Source of the DNA: an uncultured Planctomycetia bacterium
GTDB taxonomy: Bacteria; Omnitrophota; Gorgyraeia; 2-01-FULL-45-10
Direction: 5' to 3'
Assembly: GCA_964532615.1 (NCBI GenBank)
Contig: CAZHIO010000001.1
Span: forward strand, 1 to 26,399
Length of the DNA stretch: 26,399 bases
The notes under the pieces were generated by a model. It searched no databases, was not told where the DNA came from, and saw nothing but the letters and a program-made list of their open reading frames with translations. Position numbers and translations under genes: made by a program. Below are positions 1 to 8,861 of the stretch, in pieces; positions within the stretch are counted from its first letter, which is position 1, and each line of letters opens with the position of its first letter.

Positions 1-1435
1 CGACCTCTACTGAAATATCTTTTTCGGTAAGCTCCTGTATTATATTAATATCGGCCGTATCCGATTTATGCTTGAAGAGCTCTATGAAAATTATGGCGTC
101 ATGGATCAGCGCATTAGGATGGACTATCTCTGTTGTGGCTTTCGAGGGACGGGCGAACGTAAGCAGGTCTTTTACCACTATATCCGCCCTCATAACAGCT
201 TCTCTCATCTTTACCAGAGCCTCTCTTAACTCCGGATCCGCGCCGGGCAATTTAGCCTTTATGTACTCCAGCCCGCCGAGAAGTATGGACAGCGGATTCT
301 TAACCTCATGGGCGACGCCGGAGGCGAATCGCCCCAGAGCCGCAAGTTTTTCAGACTGCACCAATATTGCCTGCATCTCTTTAAGCTTCTCATAAGCCTC
401 TTCCAGCTCTTTCATCTTTTTAGCTAATTTTAGATCCGAGAGATTTCGCTCCTTAATTTCGGTCAAAAGGCTGTCTCTCTGTCTGAAGGATTTACCGATA
501 AGCTCGGATATCCGCCCGAATTCATCTTTTCTATCCATAAGGCTTTTGACATGGCCGGCGTCTTCATGCTCAAGCGCAAGCGATATAGAATTCAGGGGAA
601 CATTAATAAGCGTCATAAGAACAAAGTATAGCAGCGTTACCGGCAGAATACCGAAGCCGAGCATAAAAACCAGCATCTTGCGCGAATCTCTTGTAAATAC
701 ATCAGCTATTTCAGAAGAACCGGATATATTGACGCGAGCTATGGGCTTGCCTCGCCAGTCATTAAGCGTACTGTTGATCACTATAATACCGCTCTTCGGG
801 TCTGATGAAAGGCCCGTCTTCTTTTCGTCTGCCGAAAATATCTTTACCTTTGAAGCTGTAAGATTAGACAGATTGTTTATGTAAGCCTTATCCCAAAGCC
901 TGCCGGCCAAAAGATAACCGCTTAACGGAGTCTTTCTATCGGAGTCGGAAGACTTATGTATGGTGGCTCCTCTTATCTCGATCGGACCGTCGGGGGTGGG
1001 GATGAAAAAATGGATGAGCTTCGATCTCTCGAAAAGTCCTCTTATTTCGGCCGGACTGATAGGGAGCTTCTTTTGATGGGCGCCCTTAAGATTATCGACA
1101 GAATACAATAACGCTCCGGCCTTATTATATATCCATACGCCGCTGGCTTTATACGTATCGAGCGAAGCGTCTATATTCTCGCCGGCCCAGGCTTTATCGC
1201 CGGATAGAATAAAATCGACCATCTCGTCCCAGCAGGTATACTCCAGCGCGAGAGTCTCGAGGGACCTGCCGACAACTTTCATAGTTCTATGAATGCTCTC
1301 GGCTCTATCTTCGCTCTCCCGGCCCAGAAGAACGCCAAGCCTTTCTCCTTCGGCGAGATTGTGGAAGAGCATGAGCATCGCGAGGATCGCGACACAGAGA
1401 ACAAGCAGTATAGCTATCTTGGTCCGTACCTTCAT
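1..1435 (-). CDS. CHASE4-domain sensor histidine kinase (partial; C-terminal HATPase domain lies beyond the window's left edge)
   Basis: Not in the ORF track; translated by hand from ATG 1435 (alternative in-frame ATG 1441) and open to position 1. It shows TM1 (IAILLVLCVAILAMLMLF), a CHASE4-like EYTCWDEMVDFI motif, TM2 (MLVFMLGFGILPVTLLYFVLMTLI), a HAMP-like segment (PLNSISLAL...RKDEFGRISELI), a coiled coil and an NtrB-type H-box QSEKLAALGRFASGVAHEVKNPL (His codon at 310..308). Confidence 0.9.
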   Translation of the reverse strand, partial: MKVRTKIAILLVLCVAILAMLMLFHNLAEGERLGVLLGRESEDRAESIHRTMKVVGRSLETLALEYTCWDEMVDFILSGDKAWAGENIDASLDTYKASGVWIYNKAGALLYSVDNLKGAHQKKLPISPAEIRGLFERSKLIHFFIPTPDGPIEIRGATIHKSSDSDRKTPLSGYLLAGRLWDKAYINNLSNLTASKVKIFSADEKKTGLSSDPKSGIIVINSTLNDWRGKPIARVNISGSSEIADVFTRDSRKMLVFMLGFGILPVTLLYFVLMTLINVPLNSISLALEHEDAGHVKSLMDRKDEFGRISELIGKSFRQRDSLLTEIKERNLSDLKLAKKMKELEEAYEKLKEMQAILVQSEKLAALGRFASGVAHEVKNPLSILLGGLEYIKAKLPGADPELREALVKMREAVMRADIVVKDLLTFARPSKATTEIVHPNALIHDAIIFIELFKHKSDTADINIIQELTEKDISVEV

Positions 1436-1455
1436 ATACATATTGATGCCTGGGG

Positions 1456-2487
1456 TTAAGGTGAGCCGCGCTTATTTCCCAACACGATCAGGACTCCTAT
1501 CATGCCGAATACTATGCAGCCCTGCATTATGGCCAATAGCGCCATTATAGGATAAGCCCTGCTGACGATTATCGCGCTAAGCCCGAGCAAAACGGATGTG
1601 AAGTAGATAAATATTACGGCCCCTGGCGATGCCAAGCCTATATCGAAGAGATAGTGGTGGAAATGGTCCTTGCCGGCGTACTTAAGCCATTCCGATACCG
1701 ACTTTATCTTTTTTTCAGCTATTCTCATAACCGTGGTGAAGACCATGTCAAATATCGGGACTCCGAGTATAAGTATGGGTATCGACAACCTTACGGGATC
1801 GCCTTCCGCCCAGTAGCCGATCAGTCCTATGCTCGCCAGAATAAATCCGATAAATGTGCTGCCGGCATCGCCGAGAAAGACTTTTTTTCTGCCCTTCATA
1901 TAATTGTACGGTAAAAACCCCAAGCAGGCCGCTGCCAATATTACAGCCATTATAAAGAGACCTGACTGATATGTTATGTAGAGTATTCCCGCGAAACATG
2001 CGAGATTTATTACAGCCGACCCGGCGGCCAGGCCGTCAAGGCCGTCGAGATAGTTATAGCCGTTCGTGATGCCGAGTATCCATATGACTGAAATTACTAT
2101 CTCCAGAGAATCCCCCCACCAGGAGGTCGGTAAAAAATTTACCCTGTCTCCGAAAACGACAACGACAAGCGCCGCTATAAGCTGTACGAGCAGGCGCAAC
2201 CAGGCGCTCAGCTCATGCATATCATCAAGAAGCCCCAGCACCACTATTATGAAAGATCCTATAATTATCGGTAAGATCTCATTTATTATGCCGGGGTTGA
2301 TAGCGAGCCCTATGGCAAATCCGAAGTATATGGCGGCTCCTCCGAGAAGCGGCGTCATCGTCTTATGCATCTTTCTCTTGCCGGGGAAGTCGACTATATG
2401 AAATTTGAACGCTATAGCGCGGAATATCGGCATCGAAAGCAAAACCGACAGAAAAGATATCGAAGCGGTCGCGGCCAGTTTTATCAT
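1456..2487 (-). CDS. wecA: Undecaprenyl-phosphate N-acetylhexosamine-1-phosphate transferase (MraY/WecA/TagO family), initiating transferase
   Basis: Polytopic 343 aa protein with family motifs PLLGGAAIY, GLLDD, NGYNYLDGLDGLA, VFLGDAGS, PIFDMVFT and DHFHH. Confidence 0.9.
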   Translation of the reverse strand: MIKLAATASISFLSVLLSMPIFRAIAFKFHIVDFPGKRKMHKTMTPLLGGAAIYFGFAIGLAINPGIINEILPIIIGSFIIVVLGLLDDMHELSAWLRLLVQLIAALVVVVFGDRVNFLPTSWWGDSLEIVISVIWILGITNGYNYLDGLDGLAAGSAVINLACFAGILYITYQSGLFIMAVILAAACLGFLPYNYMKGRKKVFLGDAGSTFIGFILASIGLIGYWAEGDPVRLSIPILILGVPIFDMVFTTVMRIAEKKIKSVSEWLKYAGKDHFHHYLFDIGLASPGAVIFIYFTSVLLGLSAIIVSRAYPIMALLAIMQGCIVFGMIGVLIVLGNKRGSP

Positions 2488-3105
2488 CTACTTTATCTCT
2501 CTCATTATTCTAAGAGCCATGAAGCCTTCGGCGTACTTTACTCTTCCCTGGAATCCGCGGAAGTTCGCGCATGATCTGGCGCTCTCTATGATCGTCTGAT
2601 TCTTCACGCGCGTCTTCTTGACCTGAGACGTGTGCGCTTTAAGGAGACGCAGCTTCTTATCGAGCACATCCTGTATATCCACAAAAACATCGGGCTCGAA
2701 ATGATGAGTGGTCGGCACCTCGTAATACAGGACTTCTTTTATATAGCGCGTAGCGGAGATGCCGGCCAGCGCGGCGGCGCGGTGGTCCTGATGCACATCC
2801 TGAAAATAGTTCAGAAAGACGGCTTCCGGCTTCACCTTACATATTATCTCGTCCATCTTTACGATAAGTTCTCTGTTATTGACTATCTCGGTATCTATGA
2901 GATTTCCCCAGAAGACGCTCTTCGCTCCCATTATCTTTGCCGCGCTCATCTGCTCTCTGCGCCGCACGTTAGCGTCTCCGCCAAAACTGCCGTCGCTCAA
3001 TACCAGAAGATGGACTTTATGTCCGGCTCTGGCGAACTTGATGAGAGTCCCGCCGCAGCCGATCTCTATGTCATCGGGGTGCGCTCCGATAGCGAGTATA
3101 TTCAT
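2488..3105 (-). CDS. PIG-L/LmbE family N-acetylhexosamine deacetylase
   Basis: Metal-binding motifs AIGAHPDDIEIGCGG and HQDH, plus RRREQ; 205 aa; ATGA overlap with the upstream gene. Confidence 0.93.
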   Translation of the reverse strand: MNILAIGAHPDDIEIGCGGTLIKFARAGHKVHLLVLSDGSFGGDANVRRREQMSAAKIMGAKSVFWGNLIDTEIVNNRELIVKMDEIICKVKPEAVFLNYFQDVHQDHRAAALAGISATRYIKEVLYYEVPTTHHFEPDVFVDIQDVLDKKLRLLKAHTSQVKKTRVKNQTIIESARSCANFRGFQGRVKYAEGFMALRIMREIK

Positions 3106-3794
3106 ATCTTTAATACCTCCTTAGACATTGGCCCTTCCGTAAATAATAGGTCCACAATGGACATGTAAGGAATAAAATCATCTTTTGTCTTCATAAACTG
3201 CTGATCGTAGACGGGGTGAACAAATTCCTGATATGTAAGCTTTATTCCTGAGGAAGAAAACTTATCCTCTTCGATGTAGTTCCTGCCGCCTGATCCCGAT
3301 AGATAATTATCGGCTTTGAGTTCTTTACATATGTCGACTATTCTGTCGGTCTTAGCGGTGGTAATGCCCATATCGGATTCAAAATATATGGGAGTCTTAA
3401 TAGAGAGCTCCTTAAGTACATATTTTATGATCTCTACATTAAGCTTTACGAGCTTATCCCACGGCTTACCATACAGTTCCTCGAAGAAACCGAAGTATCT
3501 ATTGAAATATTTTGCGCGGCCATAGCAGGTCTTCAGGCTCAGGAGGTGATCTTTGGCCCAGGTTAACTCATTATCTATCATCACGCCAGAAATTACCTGC
3601 CGGGCCTTACCCTTCGACAGAACAGGAACGCTCAACCACAGCCAGCCATTCTTGGTCCTGATCTTATTTCTGTTCTGGAATTCTCTCGGTTTATACTGAA
3701 CGTTATCCAGAAATACAAAAGCGTCGCTCCGCGCGATCTTATCAAAATATCCGAGCCATGGTATATATTGCGGCTGATGCACCGATATGATCAT
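3102..3794 (-). CDS. WbqC family protein
   Basis: Characteristic N-terminus MIISVHQPQYIPWLGYFDKIARSDAFVFLDNVQY, then QNRNKI, YLSGSGG, and C-terminal MSIVDLLF. Confidence 0.92.
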   Translation of the reverse strand: MIISVHQPQYIPWLGYFDKIARSDAFVFLDNVQYKPREFQNRNKIRTKNGWLWLSVPVLSKGKARQVISGVMIDNELTWAKDHLLSLKTCYGRAKYFNRYFGFFEELYGKPWDKLVKLNVEIIKYVLKELSIKTPIYFESDMGITTAKTDRIVDICKELKADNYLSGSGGRNYIEEDKFSSSGIKLTYQEFVHPVYDQQFMKTKDDFIPYMSIVDLLFTEGPMSKEVLKI

Positions 3795-3802
3795 CTATTA
3801 AC

Positions 3803-3839
3803 CTTATTATACAATAAGCCTATAATATTGAGTAGCCAA
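3803..3839 (-). promoter_or_regulatory. Candidate internal promoter with overlapping palindrome upstream of the WbqC gene
   Basis: AT-rich 45 nt gap. On the minus strand: TTGGCT (3839..3834), 17 nt, TATTGT (3816..3811), with a perfect TATAAT at 3811..3806. The interrupted palindrome CTTATT-ATAC-AATAAG (3803..3818) overlaps these. Confidence 0.3.
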
Positions 3840-5333
3840 TTATCTCTTTTTAACGAATATCGGATTTGTCACCAGCACGAGAGACTCAGATCTGATCTCC
3901 AGCCTGTAATAGAACTTATCCGCATTTATATGGTCTTTGTCCTCATAATCTATCTTAAACGGCGTTTCGGCGTCCATGATCTTGATCATCTCGCCATTCC
4001 TTATTATGGTTATCCTTACGCTCTTCGAACGGCTATCCGAGAAATGTCCTGTTACGGTCAGCTTTGGGTCTCCGGTCACGTTCAGCTCCTGACCCATTAT
4101 CTTTTCTGCTCCGGTCGCGATATCTTTTACCGTGAACTTATCGAGCACAAATTTAGACGCGTCTTTCTCCTTAGAGATATACATTCTGCCTTCCTTCAAA
4201 GCGCTTAGAGCATCGGCCTTCGTGAAATGCGAAAGAAGGAATACCGTCCTAAGGTTCTTCATGCATTCATCGAGATTGCCGGCCTTCTCGAAATCCATAG
4301 CGCCTATGGCCCATATCGGCAGAGGTCTTACGCCGGTACAATAGTCTTTCAGGGCTTCATCCCATATGCGGTCGGGCGCTCCTACTTGCTCATACCCCTC
4401 ATAGAAGACGGCATACCCTGTGTAGCCATAGGTCGACAAGAGGTAATCGGCGTGCGCGCCGGTCTCGATACTTATGTTATCCAGTTTATCAACATTCTTC
4501 GCCTCGGGGTGTTCCCAGAATGTGACGCCGCCGCGGGACTTTACATAATTTATCAGTTTCTGATAAGGAGCCGCGCCCATGTTTCCGTGATATTGATCGA
4601 ACTTAAAAGAGCTGAAAGGAAAACCGTTTATAAAAAGAACCGCCGCGGAAAGAGCTATAATCCAGCCTATCCGATGCCAATATATAACCGGCAATCCAAG
4701 CCACCGCTCATAAATACTTGAGTTAATCGAAGCCGCGCCTCTGAATATGCAGAATAAGCCGAATATGAATATCGCTATCAACGCTGTTATATAGGCCAGG
4801 CCGTCTATACCAAACGGCTTAACTAATGACAGGCCGTTGCCGATAACGGGCAGGCCTTTATAATCGGCCTCATTATCAAGCCCCATTACTAAAAGATGTT
4901 TATGCCAGTCCTTTATGGTGAACTTATTTCCGAATGGGCTGCCCTCCCAGTAATAGAAAGGCCCGGTCTCCACAGCTGGAATGAATATCATATCCGCATT
5001 TTTACGCTGAACGTTCTTTATCATCTCGAGATAGCGCTTAACGCCGTATTTAGATACTGAATTTATATCCATGACTTTCTTTATTATGTTGCGGAGAGGC
5101 CATAAACCGTACTCCCACCTGTTAAGAAATCCGTCCGTGGGTATCACAATCCTTATATTATTACCGCGCGCTATATCGGCGATCTGGGAGAGAGTGTATC
5201 TTCCGTCACTGACGACGGTATTTACGTCTATAGCCGCCTGAGCCTGCATATATTCTTCCGCGCACGAGACTGCGGAAACCATATTCAATGCCAATAATAA
5301 GACCGGCGTGATCTTCTTTAAATAAGACGTCAT
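3840..5333 (-). CDS. Exported/membrane PHP-like (polymerase-histidinol phosphatase fold) protein with degenerate metal site
   Basis: N-terminal signal peptide ending VSAVSC; PHP-like motifs IDVNTVVSDG, VIPTDG, FWEHPE and AIGAMDFE; two internal hydrophobic helices; C-terminal beta-rich domain ending YYRLEI...TNPIFV. Confidence 0.72.
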   Translation of the reverse strand: MTSYLKKITPVLLLALNMVSAVSCAEEYMQAQAAIDVNTVVSDGRYTLSQIADIARGNNIRIVIPTDGFLNRWEYGLWPLRNIIKKVMDINSVSKYGVKRYLEMIKNVQRKNADMIFIPAVETGPFYYWEGSPFGNKFTIKDWHKHLLVMGLDNEADYKGLPVIGNGLSLVKPFGIDGLAYITALIAIFIFGLFCIFRGAASINSSIYERWLGLPVIYWHRIGWIIALSAAVLFINGFPFSSFKFDQYHGNMGAAPYQKLINYVKSRGGVTFWEHPEAKNVDKLDNISIETGAHADYLLSTYGYTGYAVFYEGYEQVGAPDRIWDEALKDYCTGVRPLPIWAIGAMDFEKAGNLDECMKNLRTVFLLSHFTKADALSALKEGRMYISKEKDASKFVLDKFTVKDIATGAEKIMGQELNVTGDPKLTVTGHFSDSRSKSVRITIIRNGEMIKIMDAETPFKIDYEDKDHINADKFYYRLEIRSESLVLVTNPIFVKKR

Positions 5334-5348
5334 CGCTTATCTCTCCCC

Positions 5349-6524
5349 TTAGGGCGCACCATATTTTTTTCTGTTAAACAGTTCCGCGTAAAGGTTCGAT
5401 GTCTTATGGACCATCTCATTTGCGGTGAATTTGTTCAGTACCCAGCTCTTGCCCGCAAGTCCCATTTCAACTCTACGCGGCTTATCCGAGAGCAGATCGT
5501 TAACCGCCTCCGCAAGGGCTCCGGCATCCGACGGCCCGACCAATAAGCCCGTCACCCGGTCTTTTACTACTTCCGGTATGCCGCCGACCCGAGTGGCCAC
5601 CACTGGCACGCCTTCGGCCTGAGCTTCTATTATAGACATTCCCACAGCTTCATTAAGGGACGGCATTACCAGCACGTCAAGTATCGAGAGCACCTCTGGC
5701 ACGTCTTCCCGCCATCCGGTAAATATAATCTTATCCGACAACCCCAATTTTTTGGCTTTCTCCTCGAGCTCATCACGCAGACTTCCTTCGCCGGCTATTA
5801 TAAATTTGGTCTTAGGGTATTTTTTCACTACCTCTGCGGCCATATCCACAAAGAATTGCGGGCCTTTGACGGTTTCGAGCCTGCCTATCATGCCCACCAC
5901 GTTATCTTCCAAGCTTATATTGAAAGACTTTTTCAATGAAGGGCTGTTCTTCCAGTCACGCGCATACTTATCAAGTTCAAACCCCTGATATATAACCTCT
6001 ATCTTGCCTTCGGGAGCTATCCCGAATTTCAGATAATCTCCTTTTTCGAGCTCCGTCAGCGCGATTATCATATCGGTTCGCCGGGAGAGAAATTTCTCAA
6101 CCGCTATTATGTTGCGTGTCATATTCCGATCGAAATATCCGTAGAGATTATGCCCGTGAGGAGTATGAATTATAACTCTCACTCCCGCCGCTCTGGCGGC
6201 CATGCGGCCCAGGGCTCCGGCCTTAGCCGTATGAGTATGCACTATATCATACTTTTCGCTTCTGAATAATTTCCATAAGTTTATAAAGGCCATTATATCC
6301 GAAGCCGGGTCTATCTCCCTTTTCAGCGAAGGTATGATCTTTAATTTACCGCTGAATCTGGTAAGGAACTCCATAGTCTTCTTCGTAGGATATTCGGTCG
6401 GACCGGTTATCAGGGTGACATCGAACGCGCCGGGATCCAGATTGCCGGCCAATGTCCGGTAAATATCCGGCGATCCGCCCCAATCCATCCTGGTTATGAC
6501 CTGCGCGACTTTTATCTTCGACAT
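5349..6524 (-). CDS. Glycosyltransferase family 4 (GT-B)
   Basis: DIVHTHTAKAGALGR, VGMIGRL..VKG, and EAVGMSIIEAQAEGVPVVATRVGGIPEVV (E-x7-E motif). Confidence 0.93.
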   Translation of the reverse strand: MSKIKVAQVITRMDWGGSPDIYRTLAGNLDPGAFDVTLITGPTEYPTKKTMEFLTRFSGKLKIIPSLKREIDPASDIMAFINLWKLFRSEKYDIVHTHTAKAGALGRMAARAAGVRVIIHTPHGHNLYGYFDRNMTRNIIAVEKFLSRRTDMIIALTELEKGDYLKFGIAPEGKIEVIYQGFELDKYARDWKNSPSLKKSFNISLEDNVVGMIGRLETVKGPQFFVDMAAEVVKKYPKTKFIIAGEGSLRDELEEKAKKLGLSDKIIFTGWREDVPEVLSILDVLVMPSLNEAVGMSIIEAQAEGVPVVATRVGGIPEVVKDRVTGLLVGPSDAGALAEAVNDLLSDKPRRVEMGLAGKSWVLNKFTANEMVHKTSNLYAELFNRKKYGAP

Positions 6525-6525
6525 C

Positions 6526-7680
6526 TTAATACCTATATAGCTCTGTGCATCTTACACACGCCGGAAATATCCTGTTCTCTTTGAGCGCCTGACGATATTT
6601 TACTGCCTTATCGCTGTTCCATATCTTCGATACAGGCGCTTCTTTAATATTGCCGTACGAGTATGCGCAATTAAGACACGGTCTTAATTCACCATTCGGA
6701 AAGACATATGCGGCGATCCACGGGCTGAGGCATCTCGCCGTATATCCCGATGGCCTGAATAGAGGATCTCTGTAATAATTTTTAAGTTCACCGGCTGAGA
6801 AGTTCGGATAAAAGTCTACGCTGAAACTGTGTTTTCCGGAGACTATCCGCGCCATCTTTTTGTGGAGAGCCTCCGGGTCTATGCCCGGATCGAAATCGAA
6901 ACCATTCCAGTCTTCCGAGGATGTTCCCAATAATTCGTCAAACTTCCGCTGTTCGGAAAGAATCCGTTTATTGGTGAATATCAGGTTGTGAAATGTGAGT
7001 GAATCCGCTCCCGCTCTGAGCGCAACTTCAGTCATATTTTCGAGAGAATGGTAATTCTCGGCGTTTATTGTGCATTGGATATTTACAAGAGGCCTATTCT
7101 TCTTCCCGGATGCTTTTATGCTTTTGATCGCGTCAAGACCGGACATTATCTTATCGAATAATCCCGGCATTCCCCTTATTCTGTCGTGCGCCTCCGCCTG
7201 ACCGTCGAGAGAAACATTAAGCTCATCGAGGCCGCTTGCAACGATCTCGGCGGCATGTTCATGCATTAAGGAGCCGTTAGTGATCATAAGGCAGTGCATA
7301 CGCTTAGACTTTATATACCTTATCAGCTCCAGACAGCCTTTGTAAAGCAGTGGTTCGCCTCCAAAAAGCGTCAAGCTCGGACTGAAAGCCGCCAGATCAT
7401 CCACAGTCGATTTTAAGAGATCCATCGAAAGCTCTTCCGCCATAGATTCCGCGGACCGCTTTCTGGTGACTCCGGCCTCGCCCCACTGGCCGCACATCCT
7501 GCAGCGGAGGTTGCACCTGTGCGTAAGAAAGAGCGTCAGAGATTCCGGCATCCCGGAGAGGCCATTACCGAAACGGTAATAAATATTCGCCTCAATACGT
7601 TTAGCGCCCACTTTGATAGCATAGCCGGGCTGCATCAGCGCTTTACGTAATATTCTGATCATGTTCGGAGATAAATTCAT
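6526..7680 (-). CDS. Radical SAM enzyme with C-terminal SPASM/Twitch domain
   Basis: CxxxCxxC (RCNLRCRMC), GGE motif (FGGEPLLY), VSLDG, and C-terminal Cys set CLSPW...GELRPCLNC...ACVRC. Start placed at 7680 because of the ATGA overlap (7677..7680); the ORF track start of 7695 is also in frame. Confidence 0.92.
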   Translation of the reverse strand: MNLSPNMIRILRKALMQPGYAIKVGAKRIEANIYYRFGNGLSGMPESLTLFLTHRCNLRCRMCGQWGEAGVTRKRSAESMAEELSMDLLKSTVDDLAAFSPSLTLFGGEPLLYKGCLELIRYIKSKRMHCLMITNGSLMHEHAAEIVASGLDELNVSLDGQAEAHDRIRGMPGLFDKIMSGLDAIKSIKASGKKNRPLVNIQCTINAENYHSLENMTEVALRAGADSLTFHNLIFTNKRILSEQRKFDELLGTSSEDWNGFDFDPGIDPEALHKKMARIVSGKHSFSVDFYPNFSAGELKNYYRDPLFRPSGYTARCLSPWIAAYVFPNGELRPCLNCAYSYGNIKEAPVSKIWNSDKAVKYRQALKENRIFPACVRCTELYRY

Positions 7681-8861
7681 AGAAACGCTCCGCATATCGC
7701 GCCCGCTATCCTGTCAAGATCCCGCCGTTTTAATGCTGGATACATGGGGAGGGTGAGCAGTCGCTCGGCCAGATAAGAAGCTTTCGGGAAAGCCGACTTG
7801 TCGTATCCGAGGTCGAACATATGATGCAGGGGCCTGAGATACATCCTGGATGACTCCACGCCGGCCTTATTAAGCCTCTCTTCGGCAATGAGCCGCTTCT
7901 CGAGATCTTTAAATACTATAGGCAGGCGGTTAAAAGCGGGCCTGTCGCCTTCGGATATTTTCGGGAGGATTATCCCGTCGAGCGCCTTGAGGCTATTTAT
8001 CAGATAGCTCCCATTCTCATATCTTTTACGGTCCATCGCGACAAGCCTGTCTATCAGCCTCATTCCTATAGCCGCCTGAAAATTGCTCATACTTCTTACT
8101 TCTATATCTCCCGATGGCGCCGATTCCTTAAACCGCGACGCCAGAGAATAAGCCGGGCCGTAAATATAAGGATTTGTGATCAGAGAGAATGCCAGAGTCT
8201 TCACCGGTGGCAACAACTCGTCTTTGATAGATATCCCCGGCAGGAGTTTGATCTGATCTTTAATGGCCTCCCTTATCTTAATATCGCGGGTATCTATGAA
8301 CCCTCCGCCGCAAATAGGCATGTTCTTTCCGCGGTTAAAACTGAAGAACCCGACGTCGCCGGATTCGCCGACCCTGCGGTCTCCGGAAATAGAGCCCATC
8401 GCCTGGCAGCAGTCCTCTATAACGAATACCTCGGGAGGCAGGTCGCGGCGTAGTTGTTCTACGCCGGACATGCTTATACCGAACATATGGATAGCCATCA
8501 CGGCGAGCGTCTTATCCGATACGGATCTGACGATCTCATCATAAGAGGCGTTAAAATCATCGAGCGATATATCGCAAAGCACCGGTTTAAGGCCCGCCTT
8601 CCTTATCGCTACGATCAGGCTGCCGGCAGTATAGGCGCTCAATACAACTTCTTTTTTTTCGGATATCTTTGATAACGCCTTCAGAATAATATAGAACGCC
8701 GAGATGCCGGAATCCGCCAGATACACGCCCCTGCCTTCGGTCATAGCCGATAGAGCGCTTTTAAATTCGAAACTGATCCTGGAATCTCCTCTGTTCCGCA
8801 GAGCGTATATCATATCGCCTATCTTTACCGACGAGCGTATAATAGGCAGCTTTCTTAGCAT
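7677..8861 (-). CDS. DegT/DnrJ/EryC1/StrS family PLP-dependent sugar aminotransferase
   Basis: SGISAF (SGTAAL-like), AIHMFG, IEDCCQAMG (D-x-x-Q), FFSFNRGKNM..GGG with the PLP lysine retained, and LLTLPMYP. Confidence 0.87.
   Translation of the reverse strand: MLRKLPIIRSSVKIGDMIYALRNRGDSRISFEFKSALSAMTEGRGVYLADSGISAFYIILKALSKISEKKEVVLSAYTAGSLIVAIRKAGLKPVLCDISLDDFNASYDEIVRSVSDKTLAVMAIHMFGISMSGVEQLRRDLPPEVFVIEDCCQAMGSISGDRRVGESGDVGFFSFNRGKNMPICGGGFIDTRDIKIREAIKDQIKLLPGISIKDELLPPVKTLAFSLITNPYIYGPAYSLASRFKESAPSGDIEVRSMSNFQAAIGMRLIDRLVAMDRKRYENGSYLINSLKALDGIILPKISEGDRPAFNRLPIVFKDLEKRLIAEERLNKAGVESSRMYLRPLHHMFDLGYDKSAFPKASYLAERLLTLPMYPALKRRDLDRIAGAICGAFL

Noticed and set aside
72-1550. Plus-strand ORFs 72..395, 546..884 and 1293..1550
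   Set aside because: They are antisense shadows of the minus-strand histidine kinase frame and have no recognisable motifs.
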